Positions 51,830 through 63,663 of a stretch of DNA of 64,000 bases are shown here, in pieces. This DNA comes from Sminthopsis crassicaudata (Eukaryota). Positions within the stretch are counted from its first letter, which is position 1. Each line of letters starts with the position of its first letter. A program made the position numbers and the translations under genes. Location of the stretch: NCBI RefSeq assembly GCF_048593235.1, contig NC_133622.1, positions 50,530,001-50,594,000 on the forward strand. The letters run 5' to 3'. Under the pieces are notes generated by a model. It was given only the letters and a program-made list of their open reading frames with translations. It was not told the origin of the DNA and did not search any database.

Positions 51830-52929
51830 GTCAGGCTTATGAAATGTCCTCCCTCCTTCCCACTGTCACACCTCCCAATTATAGTCTGTGAGCCTGGAAT
51901 GCTGTAGAGAGTTGTGCCAACAAAAAAATGTCAGCTTTTGATAGTTCTCTGAAGGCCCAGCTTAGGTCAAAAAGATAACTAAAGTTTATGTGCTAGATTT
52001 TCAAACTCTCTAACACAGTGAATATTTCCTACGAGTGCAAGTAATGGCCCATAGCTTCTTCAGCACTTTCATGCCTTCTGGGAGCTTCTCCAAGTTCAGA
52101 ACATCTGTTTAAATAGCAGGCGTATGCTGCAGAGTATACTCTGAGAAGCTCCTTGGAGCATCCACATCAGTTGGCCAAACTATCTCTAAACAAAACCATG
52201 AATAATTTTATAAATGAAATGAACTCTCCACCCAAATAGCTGTTTATATACAAAACCAGATTGAATTTTCAAATAAATTTTATTGAGAAATAGTCATTTG
52301 AATTTAGTTCTATTTAGAAGACAAAGAATTTTGAATATTAATGATGAGAAAATGACATATGAGAAGAAATTAGAGTTGCATCCTCTGGCCTGTTCACTCT
52401 GAACAGAAACTAAAATGACAAAACATAGGCTAAAGGGGAATGGAACATGGGAAAGAACTCTTTAGTTCTTTCTGTAGTATATGTCTTTACTTCTGGGGCA
52501 AACTACTAACTATCACATTGGATTATAGACACAAAAGACTAAAATAGACTCAATGTGTTCATGATGGCACCAATATCAACCCATGAACTGCATTGTAATA
52601 TTAATTTACACTGCCTATGAGGGTCACCTTGTTAATAAGCATGCCATATTCCAAGCAAAGATCAATGTGCTTGGGGAAATTTTAGGCACTAACCAATGGA
52701 CTTCCAGTTAAGCTAAAACCCACATATAAAAACACACAATTTCATTTCAGAAAGAAGTGGTACTTAATAGGGATAACCCAGCACATGGACCATGAATGGG
52801 AACAGCTAGTTTTTTCTAAACAAAAATCTTTTGATATGCAATGAAAAAAACTCATTTCAATAATTTAAAAAATTTAAGGTACACAATTCTTTTTAAAAGG
52901 CAGATAGCAATGGATTAAAGTACAAATCT

Positions 52930-54082
52930 TTCAAAGTCATCCTTCTACAAAATAAAATTCAGTGGCTCTCTATGTCATTTGAAATCAAATATAAATCTTC
53001 TGTTTGGTATTCAGAGATCTTCATAATTTCTTCAGTACCTTTTCTTCTATAGCCCAATACCATGTAGTCTGCTCTTTTATTCCATCTTCAAAATCCAAGC
53101 ATTTTAAATGGCTTTCCCACATGCTTTAGATGGTTCCCTGGCTTTTAAAATCAAATAATAAATTAATTAATTTTAGTTGTGCATATATACATTTTTAAAA
53201 CATATTTCCTTATGAATCATATTGGGAGAGAGAAGAAAAGGGGGGAAAATGGAATATAGCATGTATAGATTCACATTCAATCTCCATAGTTCTCTCTCTG
53301 GATGCAGATGACATTTTCCCTCCAAAGTTTATTGTGATTACTTTGGATCATTGAACCACTGAAAAGAACCAAGTCCTAATAATTGATCATCACACATTCT
53401 TGCTGTTATTGTATACAATGTATAATTTGTTCTGCTTGTTTCACTCAACATCCATTCATGTAAATGTTTTCAGACCCTTTTAAAATCAGTTTGTTCAACA
53501 TTTCTAGATTTCAGTAATATTCCATTACTTTCACATGCCATAACTTATTCAGCCCCAATTGATAAGCATATACTTATTTCCAATTCTTGGCTACCACAAA
53601 GAGATGTTACAAACATTTTTGCACATGTGGGTCCTTTTCCTTCCTTTATGATCTTGAGGATACAGAACCAGTAATGGCATTGCTGGATCAAAGGGTATGC
53701 ACAGTTTTATAAACTTTTTGGAATAGTTCCAAATTGCTTTCCAGAATGGTTAGATCATTTCACAACTCTACCAATAATGCATTAGTGTCCCATTTTTTTC
53801 CATATCCCCTCCAACATTTATTATTATCTTTTCCCGTCATCTTAGCAAATTTGAGAGGTATGATGTGGTACCACAGAGTTGTTTTAATTTGTATTTCTCT
53901 AATCAATAGTGATTTAGAGCATTTTTTTCATATAATAATAGATGGCTTAAATTTCATCATCTGACAATTGTTCTATTCATATCCTTTGACTATTTATCAG
54001 CTGGGGAAATGACTTGTATTCTTATAAATTTGACATTGTTCTTCATATATTTTAGAAATGAGACCTTCATCAGAAGTAGTGA

Positions 54083-54113
<31 letters not shown>

Positions 54114-54410
54114 TTCCCAGCTTTGTAATTTTCTCCTTGGCTTCTTTTAATTCCAAACTAAAATCTTATTTTCTAAAGAAAATCTTTCCTGATCCCTCTT
54201 AATTCTAGTGCCTTCCTTTTACATGGATTGTTTCCTTGTTATACTTTCCTGTCTACACTTTGTTTTTACATAATTTGTATGCTGTATCCCCATTAGACTG
54301 TAATCTCTTTGGAAGCTCTAATTAGGATTTGCCTTTCTTTGTATCTCCAAAGCATAGCACAATGTCCAACACATAGTAGGTACTTAATAAGAAGTCATTG
54401 ACTGATTTTC
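52930..54410 (+). mobile_element. L2 3' end split by an L1 (L2 parts ~52930-53144 and 54134-54410)
   Basis: ttcagtggctctctatg...atcaaatataaatcttctgtttggtattc, then after the L1 ...ccccattagactgtaatctc...gtatctccaaagcatagcac...atagtaggtacttaataa. Confidence 0.8.
53145..54133 (-). mobile_element. 5'-truncated L1 (~1 kb)
   Basis: Antisense ORF2 C-terminus (cagttttataaactttttggaatagttccaaattgctttccagaatgg) and 3' UTR. TSD tccctggctt (53135-53144) / tccttggctt (54134-54143). Confidence 0.88.
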
Positions 54411-55369
54411 TGGACATACTTTGACATAGTACCTTGCTGATCACTATACCATGAATTCATATAGAATTTTATGCTGTGCTGACAGTTGGAATGACTAAGC
54501 CAAATTGATATAAGATGTATTTTACAACCCTGTAAAAGCATATAGCTCCTATCTGGAAAACCTCAAGGTCTTTACTAATAATTGTTCTTACTTTCCCTAA
54601 ATGACTGTACCAGAGTATTCAATAAATTTCACAAGGATAAATACTTTGAGAGAGCATTGTCTTTTTATTTCCCTAATGTAGCCCCAGATTTAACACATAA
54701 ACATTCATTTACCAAATATTTTCTGCTAAATTCTGAAGAATGAACATTTCCAGCATCAGAAAAGCAATCCTTCAAAATCAGGCCACCTGATAAACCAGAA
54801 AGAAAGCAAAAACAGTGAAAAAGAAAGATCACAAAAAATGACTTGAAACTTCATTTGCTTTTTTTCCATTTAAGCAATTCACTAAGTCCTAGTAAATGTT
54901 GTTTTTTGCTGTTTCAATGGCAATTAGGTCCCTAAAGTAGAAGTTAATCTCTAAATTCATAACTTCCATCAAATTTCATTGTGAGTAAAGATGTTCTGCC
55001 TTAGACTAGTTTTTTTACAAAGAAGAAATGTGTCTACTAAAACCCTATTGATAAAAAAAAAAAATCTCTTTGATTCTGTCCACAAAATTCAGTGAGATCT
55101 GTTTTCTTAGCTAATGGAAAATAGGGAAAAGGAAAATTATTTTCAGGCCTATTATAATCAACTAGAAGTAATTAGCCTAATAGACCCCTGCATACTATCC
55201 AAGATAGGCTTTTACATTTTGTAGACAAAATACACACATACACACATGTATGTATGTGTGTGTATTCCATAAGAAAAATTTTAATTATAAAATGCCCAAA
55301 AAAATACATATGTGTGTATGTAACACATTAACTATATTTGATTTCTTGGTATATGTGATCAAGATTCAA

Positions 55370-55740
55370 GAATAGCTATTCATTTTTGAAGAGGAACAAT
55401 GATATCATCAGGTCATATCTGTTATTTGTTTGTTTGTTTGTTTTTTTAATGAGGCAATTGGAGTTAAGTGTTGCCCAGGGTCACACAGCTAGGAAGTGTT
55501 AAGTGTCTGAGACCAAATTTGAACTCAGGTCTTCCTAACTTCAGGGCTGGTGCTCTAACACTGTGCCACCTAACTGCCCCATGAGGTGATGTCTTAACTG
55601 GTTAAATTGGATTGAAGTGAGACAGAGTAGCACAAAATCATCAGCCTCATTCTCTCTTCCAAAGTAACCAAAATCTAATAGCAAAACAAAAGACAAGAGA
55701 ATTGACAATGGCCTGATGTCTGACCAAGTTCTAAGCACCC
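55370..55740 (-). mobile_element. RTE-related SINE (family of 12485-12985), interrupted by WSINE1
   Basis: catttttgaagaggaacaatgatatcatcagg...ggtgatgtctt...aattggattgaagtgagacagag...catcagcctcattctctc. Confidence 0.7.
55421..55580 (-). mobile_element. WSINE1-type SINE with (TTTG)n tail
   Basis: gaggcaattggagttaagtgttgcccagggtcacacagctaggaagtgttaagtgtctgagacc...taactgcccc. Confidence 0.92.
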
Positions 55741-56079
55741 CTTAACACCTGCTTCAGCCATCTTCAAGACCTTTGGAACAAATTTTTCTCATTTACCTAT
55801 TTTTTCCAGGGAAAGTTTTCACATCTTTGGTGTACATATCCTTGAAAATCACTGGTTACCCTTAAACTTGTCTAGCCAGTCTGCTTAGAATTTTACCAGG
55901 GTGAGGCTTGGAGCCACAGGCATAAGATGAATCTCATTTAGTAGAAATAAGTGAAAGTATCTATATTTGGACTTTGAAAAAATAATCTGCTGAATAAAAC
56001 ATGGAAAGACACTTGACTAAACAAAATTTCTTAGATGGGATTTGGGGAAGGTGTAAAAAGTCAAAGGGAATTAATGCAT

Positions 56080-56400
56080 TCCATACTTTCCATACAACAC
56101 TGCCACTTAGACAAAAGAACTGACATGGCCTGTGGTTTCACTGATAGAGGATTCGTGTCCAGAGTCAGAAATACTTTAATTCTATTTCACTTTGCCATGA
56201 TTGTACCATATCTGGAATACTATGTTTATTTCTGGGCTTCACATTTTAAGAAGTACATTTATAATGTAATTCTTATCCAGAATTTTGCTACTGAGATGGT
56301 AAGGGGACTTTTAACCATGATATAGGCAGATTAGTTGATGAATTTAAACTCAAAGGAGAAAAGAATTAGAAAGGCAAAATTGCTGACATTAAATATGTAG
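56080..56400 (+). mobile_element. CR1/L3 LINE 3' remnant
   Basis: ORF 56035..56325 reads ACGFTDRGFVSRVRNTLILFHFAMIVPYLEYYVYFWASHFKKYI, aligning to the CR1 ORF2 motif [43 protein letters not shown]. Confidence 0.85.
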
Positions 56401-56454
56401 GAGAGAAATTGTCTATTCATTTATGCACTCATTTATTTATTTTTTTTCTGTTTG

Positions 56455-56630
56455 AGGAGGTAGTTGGTGCAGTGTCACAAATTAGCATTGGACTCAGGAA
56501 ACCCATGCTTAAATCTTGGTTCTACTGCTTTTAAATTTTGTTTCTCTGGGCAAATTGCTTTTCATCCTTATGCCTCAATATCCCCATACATTAAATGGCT
56601 TGTACAAACCACTGGTTCAGCATTCTATAA
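56455..56630 (+). mobile_element. MIR-type SINE
   Basis: gtagttggtgcagtg...ggactcaggaaaccc...ctctgggcaaattgc...gcctcaatatccccatac. Confidence 0.55.
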
Positions 56631-59089
56631 ATCTTAAAGTGCTAAATGTATATTAAATATTTTTGGTGTTTGGGGCTCAAGAGGCTAGAACCAGGCTATA
56701 TGGGGGAAATTTTATAGAGAGACACATCCAATTAAGTAGGAATGTTTAAAAACTTAGACCAATATAAAAATTGGGAAAAAATAGTCTAAGGAATTATATA
56801 AAGTTAAATCACCATTGGGAAGGGGAAATATCTTAATATTTCAGAAAGACTAAAATATTTAGAAATAATGATCTTTGCAATAAATGATCTTTGCTGGTTA
56901 TCCTAAAATGCAACGACCTAAATCAAAATGCTAAAAGAATATAAAATGAACCAGAGGATAATCTATTCAGAAGATAGCCAAGGAGTTAAGCCTTCATAAA
57001 CAAAATGCTGTTAGCATCATAAAAAAATAAGATAAACAAAATAACTTGAAAGTAAAATAAAACTCTCCTCATTGGAATGAAAAATTATTTGATGCTCCAC
57101 TATGTGTGAGGAATGGAATTGGTAAGAGTTTGGGAAGAATCTTCTGATCTTCTGTCTTTCAGTGTTGAGAAAAGATACATAAAATGATTTGCCCTCTTCA
57201 GAGGTCTCCTTTATCTTGGCTTGCCATACTAGGAACTGTGAATTTTCTCTTTCAGTGAGATTGAGGATTCTTTGAGCAAGATTGAAGTTATCTGTGAATT
57301 GTGTGATATAGTCAACTTTTTATTAGTTTATTATCTGATGGATAAATGAGTTTATTCTTCATTCTTTATTTCTGATTTTCTGTAACTGCCATTTGATGAG
57401 AAATGAGTCAAATCTTCAGAAATAACTTATACAGTCCTTTCAAATTAAGGGACAGTGATGAGGAGAGTGTATTAAACCTATTCCTCCGCCCCCCCCAAAC
57501 TAACAATATTTATAAAGTGTGATATTTTAGCCATTACTTAGTCTTATTGTAGAATATAATGGCTAGCCTCATATCTCAACTTCAGCTCTCCTTCTGGCAA
57601 AATTAAGTCTTCCGTGGAGAAGGATAGGCAAAGGAGACTCAAAACTTTAATGATTATTCAAGCCTCCATGAAAGCCACTTCAAAAGAAATTCATGTGGAC
57701 ATGTCATCTTCATGAGCAAGGCAAATTTTATGCTATTCTATCATTTTTAGGGTTTTTCTTTTTTCTATGTATCCTTACATTTCTATGTTTAGCTCCATCA
57801 ATAGGCTGCTTTTGATTAAGGTCTCTAGCCTGTTCACATATGTTCAGACAGAGTTGGTGGTGATATTAGAATAGGAAAGAGATTATACTTTCCAAACACA
57901 AAGCTTATTTTCACCATATAGAGTCAAATTGCTTTAGGAAACTTCATTTTTAAAGTCTCTAAGGAACAAATAAAACTAATTGTTTTCTGTACTTACTAAA
58001 AGTAAAGCAAAAAAGGTCCTAAATCTTTAAAATCTTCATTACCTATGAATTATTCAAAACCAAAAAATCAAAATAAAACCAATAAGCATTTTAAAATTCA
58101 CCTCAATTATCCTTGAATGCTCATTGTAAATTATAATTTGTAAAAAAGTTAAAAAAACAAAACAAAAATGTTGTAATCTAGTAACATATAGGCACATATC
58201 CTATAATTTATAAACCATGAAAGTGAATACTGAAACTCCCTGATGGATGATTACTTCAGTCACCCCTGACCTTGAACTGCTAGAAATAAAGTGACTTTTC
58301 AATGCAATTATGCTCTTTTACCACTCATTTCTCATTGTGATTGTTTTTTTAATTGAGACTCTCCCTATACTTTTTTTTTTCCTAAGATGATAAATGGAAT
58401 TTATTTTAAAGTTCTTCTGGAGAGGAGAAAGGAAATGGTTATCATTAGGATCTTTCTGCTTACATTTCCTAGGTGAGAAGAGTGCACTTTGGGCCCACTT
58501 TCCAATCATGTCATTGCTTTGGAGACCAAAGTGTTTTTTTTGTTTTTTTTTTTTCCCTCCCTGACTAAGATTTAGTGATTTTTCAAGATGGGTAACAATA
58601 TATAGTAATATTAAATTTAATCCATGCCTCTAAATTACTTAAAACTCAGATATCTCAGTAACTTATGATTTTTTTTTTCAACTTTCCTCTAGTATTCATG
58701 TAATCAACTTACCATCCAGAAAACATTGTTACGCTGACAGAGACTAAGGGAAGACATTATTGATTGTTTATGAAAATATGCATATATTTTCTCTCAACTC
58801 TTAACTTGATCCTGCTATTCACTGCAACACTCAATAAACAAATTTAGCATTTTTTCCCCCAACTTCCTTAACCCTTTTATACACAGACCTAGAATTTCAA
58901 GATCCATGTTTCTGATCATTTTGCCTCAACTTTATTGATTGATTTGCCTCTAATGAAGTAGAACAAGGTAGTAGATTTTTCTCCTTCTAGTAATTGAAGA
59001 ATGTTTAAGGAAGAAGCAGCATGGAAGACAGAAATTGGCAACTAGGAAATGAGTTCCATTTTTGGCTGAACTATAAATTGGTTACATGA

Positions 59090-59770
59090 CATTGTGAATT
59101 ATATTTAATTTAGCTACAAAATGCAAGGAGAGGAAAAATATGTGGCAAGAGTAGACATATCAAATGAGAATAGCTGAGGTTTTTGCCTAACAGGCAGAGG
59201 AATTTGTAATTTATTAAAATTAATAGAAGTGATTTAATTGTTTTGAATGAGGATGACATGATGAAGGTTACTATGGACAAAGAATAAAAGATAGATTAAA
59301 GGAAGAAAGTACAAAGATTAAAAGATTTTGTTATGAGAACATTGTATTTGTCCAGAAAGGTGATGAGAGCCTAAGGTAAAGTGACAACAATGATTATAGA
59401 ATTGAGGGTAGGAGATTTGGAGTGGAGTTGAGAGTGTTACACAAGTGGACAAATATACGTTAGATATGATTTCAAGTTTAAATTCAATGGAATGAGAAAT
59501 TTAATAAAAATCATAAAAAAATAATAAAAGCAAAATGAGGATCACCTTAAGGAAGAACTCTGAAAAGCAAAGTTTGAGAGATGTGAAACTTCAGATGATG
59601 TTGGAATATCAGGGGAAATGTACTTTGAACAGTTGGAGATGTGGCTCTAGATTTTCAATAGGACATCGAGGCTAGAGATACAATCTGTCACATATCTCTA
59701 TAAATGCTATAATTTAAGTCATAAGAGTGAGGAAGATTTCCAAGGGAGTTAGTTAAATTAAAGAAAAGGA
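59090..59770 (-). mobile_element. L2 remnant
   Basis: Antisense L2 motifs gtccagaaaggtgatgagagcct and cagttggagatgtggctctag...gaggctagagata. Confidence 0.6.
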
Positions 59771-61069
59771 GATGATAGTCAAGGACAATTTTTTTTTTCT
59801 TTTTGGTGAAACAACTACCAAAAGGGTCAGAAAATGATGTAGAGCTAGCAAAAAACCAATTAATTTAGTTCTTTTGCATTGGAATAACTATTTAATTATT
59901 AACTTTTCAGGCATGCATCTGCATAAAGTAAGGGACATGTGTACATTTTCCCTTCTTTTCTGGGCCTTAAAAGTTCAAGGAGTTTATTTAGTTACCCCTT
60001 AGATTCTTTACAATTAAAATATGGCCTATTTCTAAATTATTAAATAGAATTGTGAAGAAAAAAAATGTACCCATCAACTCAAGATTAGGTGTCAGATATT
60101 GATTTGGAAAAGTAAATTGTCAAGCACAATAATTTAAAAAATGTTTTCCTGATGACTTTTGTTTTTATAATGTGATTATTACAAGATATGCACTTGGATC
60201 TCATGACCTTGTAAAAACAAAACAATAAAAATATTATTAAGCAAAATCAACCATCACCTGAATCATGTTTCACAGTCTATAACAGAATTTTTTGATCTAT
60301 AGTGGCCCATTTCTCTCTTAGGAGAGGAATTAAGTTCATTTCCTCATTTTTTTTTAATGGAGCTTATATTAATATCAGAGATTTAGAAGATTCTTCGATA
60401 TAAGTGTTATTAGTTTAAAATTTTTACTTTGAAAACATTTCGTGTCCTTTTTTTCTACTTTTATTTTAGGGAATAACGCCTGGTCTCATTTGTGCCAATC
60501 ACGTACACAGAGATATATACATGTAGATGAGTACCATGAATATTAGACATATTAAAGTTTTTTGATGTAATTATTTCAAAATTGACAATTTCCCATTTAT
60601 CTTAACTATGTTAAATGAAGCTACTTTTATTAAAGTTTATTCTATAATATTATAATTTCTTTTGATATCTTAAATGGAGTTAAGCTTTCTTTCACTATCA
60701 CTAACTATAGTTAGAAAATCTATCCCTCTCCTTACCTCTCTTTTTTCAACTTTTGGTTTTTTGTTTGTTTGTTTGTTTTTTTTAACTTTTACATTTTGGT
60801 CATAGATTGATTTGAAAATTACTGTGACACTTATTGTAACCTGCTGGCCTAAACATCAACTGCTTTAACATTTTCCTATCAGTTCTTAATATAGTTTATG
60901 TTCTTAAGTTTATTGAATGCTGCACTACTGAGTACAATTATTATCAATTATTATTTATATAATCCCTTCTATTGATCAATATTCTGAGCGAGTCATTTAA
61001 CATCTTGTTTCCTTTTTTTCCCTATTTGTAAAATGAGTTTTAACCAGTTGACATTGTAGGTAATAGCAG

Positions 61070-61325
61070 TAAGGATGATAATAATATGTTACATTTATAC
61101 AGTTTCTACTATGTGCCAGGCATTGTGCTAAGTTTTATAATAAGTATCTCATTTCTTCCTCAAAACAACCTTAGAATGCAAATTCTATAATTATCCCCAT
61201 TTTACAGATGAAGAAAGTCAACTAAACATGGTTAAGTAATTTTTGCAACATCACACAACTACTAAATATCTGAGGATCACTTGAATTCAGGACAGTAGGC
61301 TGGCACTATCCATTTGGTCAACTAG
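61070..61325 (-). mobile_element. MIR SINE
   Basis: ctactatgtgccaggcattgtgctaag...cctcaaaacaacctt...tatccccattttacagatgaagaaa. Confidence 0.78.
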
Positions 61326-62351
61326 GTATCTTTTAAGGGGACTTTCAGTCTTAAAGTTAAGTTATGGGTTTTGTTTGTTTATTTATTTGTTTTACTATTG
61401 TCTAAGATCTGTTTTACTGATGTGTTAAAGAAAGATAGAGTGATCAATATACTAGAGGGAGAATTGGCTGCCTAAAAAAAAATGCAATAAGGAATATCTT
61501 TAAAAAGCAGAATAATTCTTTTGTAGAACAGACTTGTATCCAGCTGCATATGCAAAAAAAAAAAAAAAAAAACAAGACCCAGGAAAGCTAAATTTCTGCA
61601 ACAAACAAGAATAATAAAGCAAAATTATTTATTAAGCATTTATTACACATTGGGGTGCACAGAAAATGTAAGATTCTGAGTTGAATCTAAATCCTCTAGT
61701 GTTAATTGTTCCTCCAATATAGCTCTTAGTTTACTTTTGGAAGTCCATCTCCTAATCCCCATATTTCAAGGTAATTGAAAGTCTTTTGGTAATATTATTA
61801 CACTGCTCCAATGGGGCTCCTTTACCATTTTACCTTGTAACATCTCTGTCAGGTACGCAGTTTTTTCTCCTCCTGTAGTTTCTTCTAGGTGTTATTTCCT
61901 GCTTCTTTTTGTGGTTGTTCAACATAGCTTTATTTGTCCCAAAATTGCTGTTGCCATTTGCCTTCAGATACATGACTCCCCTGTGTTTGAGGTTGTAGAA
62001 TTTCTCTCTCTTCCCATTTCTGACTTCAGCCTACGTTTTCTTTCATTGTAAGAACAGGATAAATGGGTTCTGCCATTTTCATTTCAATTTAAATTGCATA
62101 ATTTTTTTTCCCGTTATACCTCTTTTAGAAAGCAAAAGTTCTAAATGAGTCATGAGACTAGGAGGAAAAAAGGAGTATGTTGGAATATTTCTCAGAACCT
62201 CTGTAAGTAATAAGCTTTTCACTAGAGCTTCCTCATACCAGACCTTAAGTGGAAGCTGTGCACAACTTATAAGTGCCTTTAAATCTATTATTTTTTTTTC
62301 TCATTTGTATTTTCTAAGATTAATGGCAAGGTCTCTCCTAGAATTGTATAT

Positions 62352-62893
62352 CCAGCTAGATGGCATAGTGAATGGAATACCAACCCTGAACTCAGGAGAA
62401 ACTGAGTTCAAATCCAGCCTCAGGTACTTAACACTTACTAGCTGAGTAATCCTGGGCAAGTTACTCAACCTCATTTATCTTCCGCCCTGTAGTGTCCGAA
62501 CTAGCTCTCTGGAAGTTCTTTGGGCCAGCCTTGGTCTTAGTGTAGGAGTGAAGAAGGCAAGAGAGCCACCAGGATGGTCAAAGATGGAGAGTCTCTTAAA
62601 TATCTCAGTATGATTACATCATTATACCACACTATGTATGTGTGAACTAGAGAACCATTATCTCATCAATCACACTGAGTGCTAACTATAAGCACCCTGA
62701 TGTAGGTATCCTTTGCTAAAAGTAAAACACAGGTAGTCAAGCCCTTCTTGACTTCTCGGGAAAGGTGAGAACACCAAAGGGAGGTGGGGAACCAAACCAG
62801 ACATAGTCAGCAGATTTCCTCTGGAGGATCTTATACCTTACCCAGAGTTCCCCACTATCTGTGGTTCTCTACACCCCCCAAAAACAAACAAAC
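62352..62893 (+). mobile_element. tRNA-derived CORE SINE (WSINE/SINE1-like) with its tail split by an LTR
   Basis: cagctagatggcatagtg...actgagttcaaatccagcctcag...cttactagctgagtaatcctgggcaagttactcaacctc. The tail cccccaaaaacaaacaaac resumes at 62874. Confidence 0.8.
62488..62873. mobile_element. Solo ERV LTR (386 bp)
   Basis: TGTAG...CTACA termini, GC-richer interior, flanks cgccc / ccccc (TSD with one mismatch). Confidence 0.78.
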
Positions 62894-63142
62894 TTGTAGT
62901 TCCACCTCACTGCCAGCTTAATTTCTAATAGCTTACTTAGTGTATCTTTCAGAGATTAAAAGGTTGTTGAGTTCTCTTCCATCTTTAAGTCTATGAACAT
63001 TTGGTTCTCGAATGTATATTAGCTACATTTTCCCTCCTAAAGTGAACACAGTTCCATGTGCATTCTCCATCAAATACACTCATGACATATTTCTTTGTGG
63101 AATATTGTGCCCAAATTTTTGTGTTGCTATTTTTTAAAATTA

Positions 63143-63510
63143 ACATTTTATTATGATACTATTTAATTTAATATCTTTTCTTTGTTCTTACTGTGTCCTT
63201 GGTTGGCATATTGGTGGGAAGGGATGTGGTTCATGAGAGCTAGTTTTAAAAGTAGAGACTCATAAAGTACTGTAAATATAGATTAGCCTTATCAGAAAGA
63301 CTCACTCTGTGTGTTGAGCTGTTTGAGATGCTACTTTTATTATTATATCATTTCATTAATTGTTTTTCTTTGTTCTTACTGTGTCCTTGGTTGGCATATT
63401 GGTGAGAAGGGATGTGGTTCCTGAGAGCTGGTTTTAAAAGTAAAGATCATAAAGTGCTGTAAATATATATTAGCCTTATCAGGAAGACCCACTCTCTAAG
63501 TTGAGATGAT
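63143..63510 (+). repeat. Two-unit tandem duplication, period 188 bp
   Basis: 63176-63318 versus 63364-63504: first 41 nt identical and about 12 differences in ~143 nt by hand. Confidence 0.97.
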
Positions 63511-63581
63511 TGGGATGTTCACATGTGCTACATGTTAAATAAATTTCCACTAATAGAATAAAAGATGTGATATGCCTTCCA

Positions 63582-63663
63582 AATAATTAAAATATCTTTC
63601 TTTATTTTTAATCATAGTTTGAGAAAACTATGATTAAAAATAAAGAAAGATATTTTAATTATT
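63582..63663. repeat. Perfect inverted repeat: 39-bp arms with a GAGA spacer
   Basis: aataattaaaatatctttctttatttttaatcatagttt-gaga-aaactatgattaaaaataaagaaagatattttaattatt. The arms are exact reverse complements, checked base by base. Confidence 0.99.

Noticed and set aside
59904-59926. Microexon-like ttttcag|GCATGCATCTGCATAAA|gtaagg
   Set aside because: 17 nt is not frame-preserving and no host gene is evident; such matches are expected by chance in 64 kb.
61834-62030. Minus-strand open frame (AEVRNGKREKFYNLKHRGVMYLK...) ending at AAG|gtaaat
   Set aside because: No polypyrimidine tract at the only in-frame acceptor, no recognisable product, and under 70 codons.
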